Shown: positions 1 through 9,762 of the stretch, one piece after another
Position numbering within the stretch: the stretch's first letter is position 1
How the letters are laid out: every line of letters begins with the position of its first letter
DNA from: Macrostomum hystrix
Lineage: Eukaryota; Animalia; Platyhelminthes
Assembly (NCBI GenBank): GCA_950097015.1
Contig: CATNEN010000007.1
Span: 6,820,001-6,884,000 of the forward strand
Length of the DNA stretch: 64,000 nucleotides
Direction: 5' to 3'
The notes under the pieces: model-generated
The model's database searches: none
What the model was told of the DNA's origin: nothing
The model's input: only the letters and a program-made list of their open reading frames with translations
Made by a program: the position numbers and the translations under genes

Positions 1-627
1 AGAATGGCGCCTCCGCTACTTAGGCTTTTCGTTCAGTTAATTAAACTTTTAAGGAAAATTTTAGGCCTGGCCCTGCACCTGAGTCTCCCCCCCCGCGCTG
101 CTTGCAGAGCCAGTCCCGGTCTGCTTATACTTGAGCTCTTTCGCTAAGTGCAGTATTCGCTGTTCGCTTGTTATTGTCATAGAAATCGCCTATTACATTT
201 AACTGGATTATGATGCGCAAGAAGATTCGCTCTACTCTTTTTCTTCTTTGTGTAGTAGTTCCAAATAATTCAATTTAATTTTACTCTCACCAGTTGCTGT
301 CATTAGCGCCACCAAAGTGCCACTGAGTCAGCGTTAATTTAATATTTACCTGTGCTTGCGCCTTCTAAACCCGGTTCGTTTTCAGTCGTTCTCGTCAAGC
401 AAAGGGATTTAGAATTCAGTCACTACACATCTATTCTAGCGTAAAATCTCATCTTTCCTTTGTTCCTCGCTTGAATTCGATCTATCCATGCATAAATCTA
501 AAATATTAATATGATATTTGGCGTGTAGCGCAGCAAGCTACTCATGCTGAGCTTATCTACTTGGACTAACTGTGCGACTTCGTGTCTACTTTTTTCGGGC
601 TGGCTTTTTAATTGCTTTACTTAGATT

Positions 628-900
628 TGACTGGATCGAGTGAGGCGTGCGACTGGATCAGGTCAGGTGTGACTGGATCAGGTCAGGTGTGACTGCTGGA
701 TCAGGTCAGGTGTGACTGCTGGATCAGGTCAGGTGTGACTGCTGGATCAGGTCAGGTGTGACTGCTGGATCAGGTCAGGTGTGACTGCTGGATCAGGTCA
801 GGTGTGACTGCTGGATCAGGTCAGGTGGGACTGTTGGATCAGGTCAGGTGTGACTGCTGGATCAGGTCAGGTGTGACTGCTGGATCAGGTCAGGTGTGAC
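628..900. repeat. Minisatellite, ~20-23 bp unit (GGATCAGGTCAGGTGTGACTGCT), ~12 copies, in the intron upstream of the first visible caspase exon
   Basis: Tandem copies read directly; ends ~28 bp before the acceptor ttttcag at 928. Confidence 0.95.
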
Positions 901-928
901 ATGTCATGAAATCACTCCTCATTTTCAG

Positions 929-3900
929 GACCAGACTCTCGACGACGATCTGGTGCCGGCGCCACTGCTGACGACGCCCCGGCAGTCCGAAGATCTGGCC
1001 GACGGCGGCCTGCCGGGCTCACGACGACCAGCCACTGGCGGCCCTGCTGCGACGACGACTGCCGCTGCTGTGGCAACTAATTGGCTGGCCAACAATGATC
1101 CGCACTACGTCGGAACTGCCAGCAACAGCGCCGGTGGCGGGGGCGGGGGCAAGATTGCAGCTGCAGCCGCTGCTAGCCCAGGGCGGCTAGCCCAGCGGAA
1201 GAAAGCAGCGCCCTCAGCCGCTGCTGTGCCCGAAGGTGAGCCTGCTTATGATCTCCAATTAGTATTTTCCCCAATTGTTTGTTTATATATTAACGGAATT
1301 TTGCTTTACGATGAATCGTGTTGCAGCGGGTACTCAGGGCTACCAGCAACAGCAGCAGCGGCAGCAGGACATGTCTCAGTTCGTGTACAACATGCGCCAC
1401 CCCTGCCGTGGCTACTGCCTAATTGTCAATAATTACGAATTTGAGCCAAGCACCAAGATGACGGCCCGCAGCGGCACCGCCAGTGATTTGGCTGTCCTGC
1501 GCGAATCATTTCGGCGGCTGCAGTTTCAGGTAATTAGTTCCAGAGCCAATCAGTGCTGCTGTCAGTTGTATATAAGTAGTCTAATGCCAAGAAGTTTGGT
1601 ATCCCGCGCAGCTGCGGGCTCTTCAGCTCTCGATCTGTGCTGATTTGAGCACTCCCTGTCAGCCTGGAGTCTGGTATCCCGCGCAGCTGCCGGCTCTTCA
1701 GCTCTCGATCTGTGCTGATTTGAGCACTCCCTGTCAGCCTGGAGTCTGGTATCCCGCGCAGCTGCCGGCTCTTCAGCTCTCGATCTGTGCTGATTTGAGC
1801 ACTCCCTGTCAGCCTGGAGTCTGGTATCCCGCGCAGCTGCGGGCTCTTCAGCTCTCGATCTGTGCTGATTTGAGCACTCCCTGTCAGCCTGTAGTCTGGT
1901 ATCCCGCGCAGCTGCGGGCTCTTCAGCTCTCGATCTGTGCTGATTTGAGCGCTCCCTGTCAGCCTGGAGTCTGGTATCCCGCGCAGCTGCGGGCTCTTCA
2001 GCTCTCGATCTGTGCTGATTTGAGCGCTCCCTGTCAGCCTGGAGTCTGGTATCCCGCGCAGCTGCCGGCTCTTCAGCTCTCGATCTGTGCTGATTTGAGC
2101 ACTCCCTGTCAGCCTGGAGTCTGGTATCCCGCGCAGCTGCCGGCTCTTCAGCTCTCGATCTGTGCTGATTTGAGCACTCCCTGTCAGCCTGGAGTCTGGT
2201 ATCCCGCGCAGCTGCCGGCTCTTCAGCTCTCGATCTGTGCTGATTTGAGCACTCCCTGTCAGCCTGTAGTCTGGTATCCCGCGCAGCTGCCGGCTCTTCA
2301 GCTCTCGATCTGTGCTGATTTGAGCACTCCCTGTCAGCCTGGAGTCTGGTATCCCGCGCAGCTGCGGGCTCTTCAGCTCTCGATCTGTGCTGATTTGAGC
2401 GCTCCCTGTCAGCCTGGAGTCTGGTATCCCGCGCAGCTGCCGGCTCTTCAGCTCTCGATCTGTGCTGATTTGAGCACTCCCTGTCAGCCTGGAGTCTGGT
2501 ATCCCGCGCAGCTGCCGGCTCTTCAGCTCTCGATCTGTGCTGATTTGAGCACTCCCTGTCAGCCTGGAGTCTGGTATCCCGCGCAGCTGCCGGCTCTTCA
2601 GCTCTCGATCTGTGCTGATTTGAGCGCTCCCTGTCAGCCTGGAGTCTGGTATCCCGCGCAGCTGCGGGCTCTTCAGCTCTCGATCTGTGCTGATTTGAGC
2701 GCTCCCTGTCAGCCTGGAGTCTGGTATCCCGCGCAGCTGCCGGCTCTTCAGCTCTCGATCTGTGCTGATTTGAGCACTCCCTGTCAGCCTGGAGTCTGGT
2801 ATCCCGCGCAGCTGCCGGCTCTTCAGCTCTCGATCTGTGCTGATTTGAGCACTCCCTGTCAGCCTGGAGTCTGGTATCCCGCGCAGCTGCCGGCTCTTCA
2901 GCTCTCGATCTGTGCTGATTTGAGCACTCCCTGTCAGCCTGGAGTCTGGTATCCCGCGCAGCTGCCGGCTCTTCAGCTCTCGATCTGTGCTGATTTGAGC
3001 ACTCCCTGTCAGCCTGGAGTCTGGTATCCCGCGCAGCTGCGGGCTCTTCAGCTCTCGATCTGTGCTGATTTGAGCGCTCCCTGTCAGCCTGGAGTCTGGT
3101 ATCCCGCGCAGCTGCCGGCTCTTCAGCTCTCGATCTGTGCTGATTTGAGCACTCCCTGTCAGCCTGGAGTCTGGTATCCCGCGCAGCTGCCGGCTCTTCA
3201 GCTCTCGATCTGTGCTGATTTGAGCGCTCCCTGTCAGCCTGGAGTCTGGTATCCCGCGCAGCTGCGGGCTCTTCAGCTCTCGATCTGTGCTGATTTGAGC
3301 GCTCCCTGTCAGCCTGGAGTCTGGTATCCCGCGCAGCTGCCGGCTCTTCAGCTCTCGATCTGTGCTGATTTGAGCACTCCCTGTCAGCCTGGAGTCTGGT
3401 ATCCCGCGCAGCTGCCGGCTCTTCAGCTCTCGATCTGTGCTGATTTGAGCACTCCCTGTCAGCCTGGAGTCTGGTATCCCGCGCAGCTGCCGGCTCTTCA
3501 GCTCTCGATCTGTGCTGATTTGAGCGCTCCCTGTCAGCCTGGAGTCTGGTATCCCGCGCAGCTGCGGGCTCTTCAGCTCTCGATCTGTGCTGATTTGAGC
3601 ACTCCCTGTCAGCCTGTAGTCTGGTATCCCGCGCAGCTGCGGGCTCTTCAGCTCTCGATCTGTGCTGATTTGAGCACTCCCTGTCAGCCTGTAGTCTGGT
3701 ATCCCGCGCAGCTGCCGGCTCTTCAGCTCTCGATCTGTGCTGATTTGAGCACTCCCTGTCAGCCTGTAGTCTGGTATCCCGCGCAGCTGCCGGCTCTTCA
3801 GCTCTCGATCTGTGCTGATTTGAGCGCTCCCTGTCAGCCTGTAGTCTGGTATCCCGCGCAGCTGCCGGCTCTTCAGCTCTCGATCTGTGCTGATTTGAGC

Positions 3901-6403
3901 ACTCCCTGTCAGCCTGTAGTCTGGTATCCCGCGCAGCTGCCGGCTCTTCAGCTCTCGATCTGTGCTGATTTGAGCGCTCCCTGTCAGCCTGTAGTCTGGT
4001 ATCCCGCGCAGCTGCGGGCTCTTCAGCTCTCGATCTGTGCTGATTTGAGCACTCCCTGTCAGCCTGTAGTCTGGTATCCCGCGCAGCTGCGGGCTCTTCA
4101 GCTCTCGATCTGTGCTGATTTGAGCACTCCCTGTCAGCCTGGAGTCTGGTATCCCGCGCAGCTGCGGGCTCTTCAGCTCTCGATCTGTGCTGATTTGAGC
4201 ACTCCCTGTCAGCCTGTAGTCTGGTATCCCGCACAGCTGCCGGCTCTTCAGCTCTCGATCTGTGCTGATTTGAGCACTCCCTGTCAGCCTGTAGTCTGGT
4301 ATCCCGCGCAGCTCTCGCTCGGCTTGCAGTTGGGCGTTGCGAACTGCCAGAGAATTTCCCAGTAAATAGAGATTATATACACATTTACATATTAGTCTGA
4401 ACAATAATTTCCTTTAAAATGTACTGTATTTTATACTAGCACTAATTTTTTACCAAAATTGGCATCTCGCGTGACTCCTATAACACTGATCATATACAAA
4501 TTGTTCGCCTGCACAGACAATGCTCCGTCTTAGAGACGTTTTCCTTTCGCCACGTAATACATTAGACATTAGTATTTTTATTGCAGTGACAAATATATAA
4601 TATGTGTATGGCATGCAGTGTATAGTAGTAAAATAGAGATTTGGGGCAGGAAGTAGGCTAAACTACTCGTAGTAGGCAAGTAGCGTACTACCGGAACTAA
4701 ACATGGTTAAGTATATTAAGTTTAATTTAATTTAATACAAAATATACTCGTATTCAGCGAGTAGTTGTATACCCTCAAACCCACACTTGTAAGCAAAAAT
4801 GGCACACACTTAAAAAATTATATGCAATTGAACATTAAATGATTAAATGAAAGTAAGAATTCAGTTTACCAGCTCTGAGCACACCCACGCCATCTAAGAA
4901 GGACAAACTCTAGGAAAATGTAACACAACAAGAAAGCAAAACTGTAAATTTAAAACTTAAATTTTTATTTAAATTGGCGAGGAACAAGCAGGAGGCGCGC
5001 AGCGAAAAGCGACCCCCAGGCAATGGCTATGTACTCGTATTTTATGGCCGAAGTTAGCATTGAGTCAAAAGCATTCTCAGGTTAAAAGCAGAAATGGAAA
5101 ACAAAAAACTTTGAGCGAAGAGCAGCGCGCAAATTGAGTCTAAGCGAGGTGAGACAGCTCATTTTAAAAGGCTTGCAGTTGGGTGGGCGACGGCCCCCAC
5201 TCAGATGCACAGAGACGTAGGCGGATCACTAAAACTGGTTCGCATAGACACAAAATGGTTTAAATGGTATGAATATTTTAAATTGATTTCTCGAAGAAGC
5301 CAATTTGTTTGACCGATTAAACGGATTAAAACACTCCCGACCGTCCGTCAGCTCGTCGTAGTGGAGAATGTCCGCTGCGGCCAGCTGCTATCCCTGTGCT
5401 CCCAGCTGGCCGCCCAGGATCACAGCCAGGCCGACTGCTTCGCCGCTGTTCTGATGTCTCACGGCGAACCGGACCAGATCTACGGCACCGACGGCCTGCT
5501 GCGTGTGGACGAGATTCTAGCCAAATTTCGCGGCGACCTCTGTCCTGGCTTGGCCGGTGCGCACTGATTGGCTCTTGTTAGCTCTTGTCAGGTGTGAGTG
5601 TGTCAGGTGTGAGTGTGTTAGGTGTGAGTGTGTCAGGTTTGACTGGGTCAGGTGTGACTGGGTCAGGTGTGACTGGGTCAGGTGTGACTGTGTCAGGTGT
5701 GACTGAGTCAGGTGTGACTGGGTCAGGTGTACACTGGGTCAGGTGTGACTGGGTCAGGTGTACACTGGGTCAGGTGTGACTGTCAGGTGTGACTGTCAGG
5801 TGTGACTGTCAGGTATGACTGTGCCAGGTGTGACTGGGTCAGGTGTGACTGGCTTTCTGAAGTCTTAGATTTTAGCCTGAATCAGATTGGTAATTTTGGG
5901 TTGTTTTCGCACTATCAGGTGTGATCTCGATCATCTCCAAGTGCCTCAGCAGCCGACGCCCCTCCTCTCCACCCCACCCTCCAGGCAAGCCGAAGCTGTT
6001 CTTTTTGCAGGCCTGCCGCGGTTCGAAATTCGACGCCGGCGTTGAAATGCCCGACTCCGGCGCCGACGAAGCGGACGCAATGGCGGCAAATCAGGAGCAG
6101 CAGCAGCAGCGCCGACTGCTGCCCAGCGAGGCGGACTTTCTGGTGGCCTACTCGGTGACGCCCGGCTACTACAGCTGGCGCAACGCCGTCCACGGCTCCT
6201 GGTTCGTTCAGTCTCTCTGCCGTGGCCTGGACGAATGGGGCTGCGGCGGCCAGCTCGACCTGCAGCGGCTGCTCACCCGCGTTTGCTGGCGAGTCGCCAA
6301 CCTGTACGAGAGCAACGCCAGGGACCCGCTGCTGTGCCGCAAGAAGCAGGTGCCCTGCATTGTCTCCATGCTGACTAAAGAGGTGTACTTTGTGCCAAAG
6401 TAG
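929..6403 (+). CDS. Caspase-3/7-like cysteine protease (5' end not identified in window); exons 929-1235, 1327-1529, 5352-5556, 5985-6403
   Basis: All junctions are GT-AG and phase-consistent (1,0,1). The spliced product has YNMRHPCRGYCLIVNN, RSGT..D, catalytic SHG (AVLMSHGE), GKPKLFFLQACRG, linker DEAD, and small-subunit ADFLVAYSVTPGYYSWRN..GSWFVQSLC and KKQVPCIVSMLTKEVYF. AATAAA at 7004-7009. Confidence 0.93.
1598..4312. repeat. 75-bp satellite, ~36 near-identical copies, in caspase intron
   Basis: Unit TGGTATCCCGCGCAGCTGC(C/G)GGCTCTTCAGCTCTCGATCTGTGCTGATTTGAGC(A/G)CTCCCTGTCAGCCTG(G/T)AGTC with essentially three variable positions. Confidence 0.97.
5586..5852. repeat. Minisatellite, ~13-16 bp unit (TCAGGTGTGACTGGG), in caspase intron
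   Basis: Tandem copies read directly; same TCAGGTGTGACT core as 628-900. Confidence 0.93.
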
Positions 6404-6410
6404 GCAGGTA

Positions 6411-6450
6411 GGCGCGGAGTAACTATGACTTCGGAGGCCTCGTCATCTAA
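6411..6450 (+). other. Degenerate 28S rRNA fragment (helix 69 region) at the start of the caspase 3' UTR
   Basis: GGAGTAACTATGACT (15 nt) and GCCTCGTCATCTAA (14 nt) match, in order, the conserved eukaryotic 28S sequence GGCGGGAGTAACTATGACTCTCTTAAGGTAGCCAAATGCCTCGTCATCTAA; the middle is replaced by TCGGAG. Confidence 0.75.
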
Positions 6451-8000
6451 ACTGTTAGCTTTTGTCTGCTTTTTGTAACGAATGAGTTTCAAATATGGCC
6501 TGGTGCCGTCTTTTACTTCAGCCTTTTAAAACAATTTTACAATGCTCATCTTGGAGTTACTGGCTAACTCATAGTAGTGTATTTAGAACATTCTACTTAC
6601 AAGTAGTGTATTAGATTGTGGCTTATTGTTGCTGTTTTTGCTTGTTCTTTCAACGAATTTCCTTTTTTTCATTACAGCTAGACATGACTGCAGTGCTTCG
6701 CTGCATAAACCTCGACTGATCTCTGCTACACCGGAAACCTATTTTTGTAGCTCTGCTCCGTTGTTCTCTCGCTTAACTGAAGCATTTAGATTATTTTTAT
6801 TATAAAAATCGCTACTACGAGTATTACCGAAATAACCAACTGTTTTTACGAGTCTAATTTGCCCGCTAGCCTACTAATTGAGTAGAGCGAAACGCTTGTT
6901 AATTAATTATGGTGCTTCAGATCGCATCAGGCTAGTTTTATTGAAATTTGTACATACATTGGAATGCCGAGAGGTCTATTTTTTGCTTGCACCGCAAGTC
7001 GCCAATAAAAATTGACTACCTCTATTGATTATACTTTCATTATATTTATTTGAATCATCCATACTGGGTCCAAAGCGGGTTAGTACAATGTTGCCCGGTT
7101 TCCAAGTTATAAAGAATCCAGTTTAGTCTCAATCTTTAATTTGTAGCAGAATATGCGGGTATTTGTTGTTTAATTTTAATTACTTTACAACTTGGAAACA
7201 AATAGACATGAGGCTGTTAGTGTAAGCAACAGTGTTCAGATAGCGTTTTTCGCAGAAAAATGTTAGCTAGCCAGAAAAATGTAATACTGTCCAAATGAGG
7301 ATTAGGAATTTTTCGCGTGTCTTTTACTAGGTAAACGGAGTCACTGGCCTTCACACATGCAGTCAAAGCGAAATTGTGTGTAGTAGTTCAGTGTGAGGAT
7401 GCTGGTATTGGTGTGTAACAATGGCATCAGCTGCGACCCGGCTGTGTCCGCACGGAGAGCATGTTTTCTAGGCTAGAGGCATTCTGTACATTCTGTTTCA
7501 GTTGGTTTCAGCTCCCGTGTTGGCCACATTGTGTAAGAGTACATTGATAAATGCGGAAACATGTGGAATGTGTGTTTATAATCAGTTACTATTCAATTAT
7601 ACAAATCAGTTTACAATTTCTCCTGTGCCTCGGCACACTTCATTGATGGAGCAATGTGAGCCGAATCATACAGTAAATAGCATTAGCATCATAGGAGTGC
7701 GTGATAATTTAGCAATTAGAGTTGAGTTATTGTAGAATCACATGTAGAATAGTGCTGATGCAGCGGCTGCCAACTGTGACATCTGCTTGGCGAACCTGAT
7801 GAACCAGCTCAGTTGATGCTGCAGCTGTCTGTGCTCTGCAAATGCGATCAAGGTTATCATTGTGGCTTACTTTTTTATGCAGATTGTTACAAACGTACAA
7901 ATATAGCTTAAACTATATAACGGTAGGCAGGGACTACAGTACATTACAGTAGTTCGTAATTCGTAAAGCATTACAGCCGCAGGCTGTGTCCGAGGGGCGC

Positions 8001-8152
8001 GCCACCGTGGATTTGTGGATGAGCCACCATGGATTTGTGGATGAGCCACCATGGATTTGTGGAGGAGCCACCGTGGGTTTGTGGAGGAGCCACCGTGGAT
8101 TTGTGGAGGAGCCATCGTGGATTTGTGGAGGAGCCACCGTGGATTTGTGGAG
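8001..8152. repeat. Minisatellite, 22-bp unit (GCCACCGTGGATTTGTGGAGGA), ~7 copies
   Basis: Tandem copies read directly. Confidence 0.9.
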
Positions 8153-8774
8153 GCGAAACCAGAGATTTTGCGAGGGGGGCGCCAACCCGGATTCGGGATT
8201 TGGCCAGCTAAGGGCCACTAAGGTGTTATGCGTCATGACAATGAGAGCGATTCAGAAGCTAAAACATAAGCGCGATTTCTACGAGCGTAGTTAGAGAGCT
8301 CCTGTCTACTGAACGGCTCCTCAAACAGCTGCAACTGCGGGCCCGTGCAAGTTTAGGCGAGAATTCTGTGAGAGCAGGCTGTATGAATGTTGCTAAAAAT
8401 GTTGCTAAATAAACATTGTTAAAAATGTTGGCTTAAAACCAAGCTCAGTGGGTATTTACTCAGTGGGTAAAAGCGGTGCTTGCTTAAAATAATTGCCATT
8501 CAGTTGAACAGTTCAGAGAAAAACTTAGACACAGACTTGCTGGCCTCCTAAATGATGTTTTCAGAGTGAAGTTCTTGTCCTTGAGTTAAGCTTGAATACT
8601 GATACTCAAACACTTTTGAATTTACATTGCAGAACAATAATAAATAATAAATAATGAGCCTGCTATATTTATATATGTTACATAATGCTGTGAGATTAAA
8701 ACACTCGAGTGAAAAACAACCTTAATCCCATAAATTGGCTGCCTTTCTTAGAGGCTGAATTGCAGTTCCATCGA

Positions 8775-9362
8775 AGCATTGGGGTTGGATTGCAGCCCCT
8801 GCAAGCAATGGGGTTGGATTGCCGCCCCTGCAAGCAATGGGGTTAGATTGCCGCCCCTGCAAGCAATGGGGTTGGATTGCAGCCCCTGCAAGCAATGGGG
8901 TTAGATTGCAGCCCCTGCAAGCAATGGGGTTAGATTGCCGCCCCTGCAAGCAATGGGGTTGGATTGCAGCCCCTGCAAGCAATGGGGTTGGATTGCAGCC
9001 CCTGCAAGCAATGGGGTTGGATTGCCGCCCCTGCAAGCAATGGGGTTGGATTGCAGCCCCTGCAAGCAATGGGGTTGGATTGCAGCCCCTGCAAGCAATG
9101 GGGTTAGATTGCAGCCCCTGCAAGCAATTGGGTTAGATTGCAGCCCCTGCAAGCAATGGGGTTAGATTGCAGCCCCTGCAAGCAATGGGGTTGGATTGCA
9201 GCCCCTGCAAGCAATGGGGTTGGATTGCAGCCCCTGCAAGCAATGGGGTTGGATTGCAGCCCCTGCAAGCAATGGGGTTAGATTGCAGCCCCTGCAAGCA
9301 ATGGGGTTAGATTGCAGCCCCTGCAAGCAATGGGGTTGGATTGCAGCCCCTGCAAGCAATGC
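8775..9362. repeat. Minisatellite, 29-bp unit (GCAAGCAATGGGGTTGGATTGCAGCCCCT), ~20 copies
   Basis: Tandem copies read directly. Confidence 0.95.
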
Positions 9363-9762
9363 GTTTGGAGTGCAACCCGCCAAGCATTGCAGTTTCAACC
9401 AAAAAACAATGGGGCTAGCAGTCTGTCTCGCATTGGTGAATTTTGTGCTCAAAGTCCCATGGTAGCCTCAGTCAAAGGACAGGTTTTACTGGGTCAGCTG
9501 TAGCGTAGCGACACTGAGGCGCCGAAAGTAACTGACAATGAGCGGCGTAAAGTGACCTTTATCCATGGCTACAGAGCAGCCTGATATCACGATAGCAGCT
9601 TGTTTACACGGCGAATGGAACTCAGACAATTGAAAGTCGAACGCATAAATTTCTTGACCGCCGATAAGAGAGTCATAGCCATAAAACTGACCCGATAAAA
9701 ACAGACTTTCAGTTTTATCAGTACTGAGTACAGAGCAGGTATGCAGAGAAATCACAGTCCGC

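Noticed and set aside
1534-4404. Three ~900-aa ORFs across the 75-bp satellite
   Set aside because: The unit length is a multiple of 3 and lacks stops in several frames on both strands. The array sits inside a phase-consistent caspase intron and the peptides have no recognisable character.
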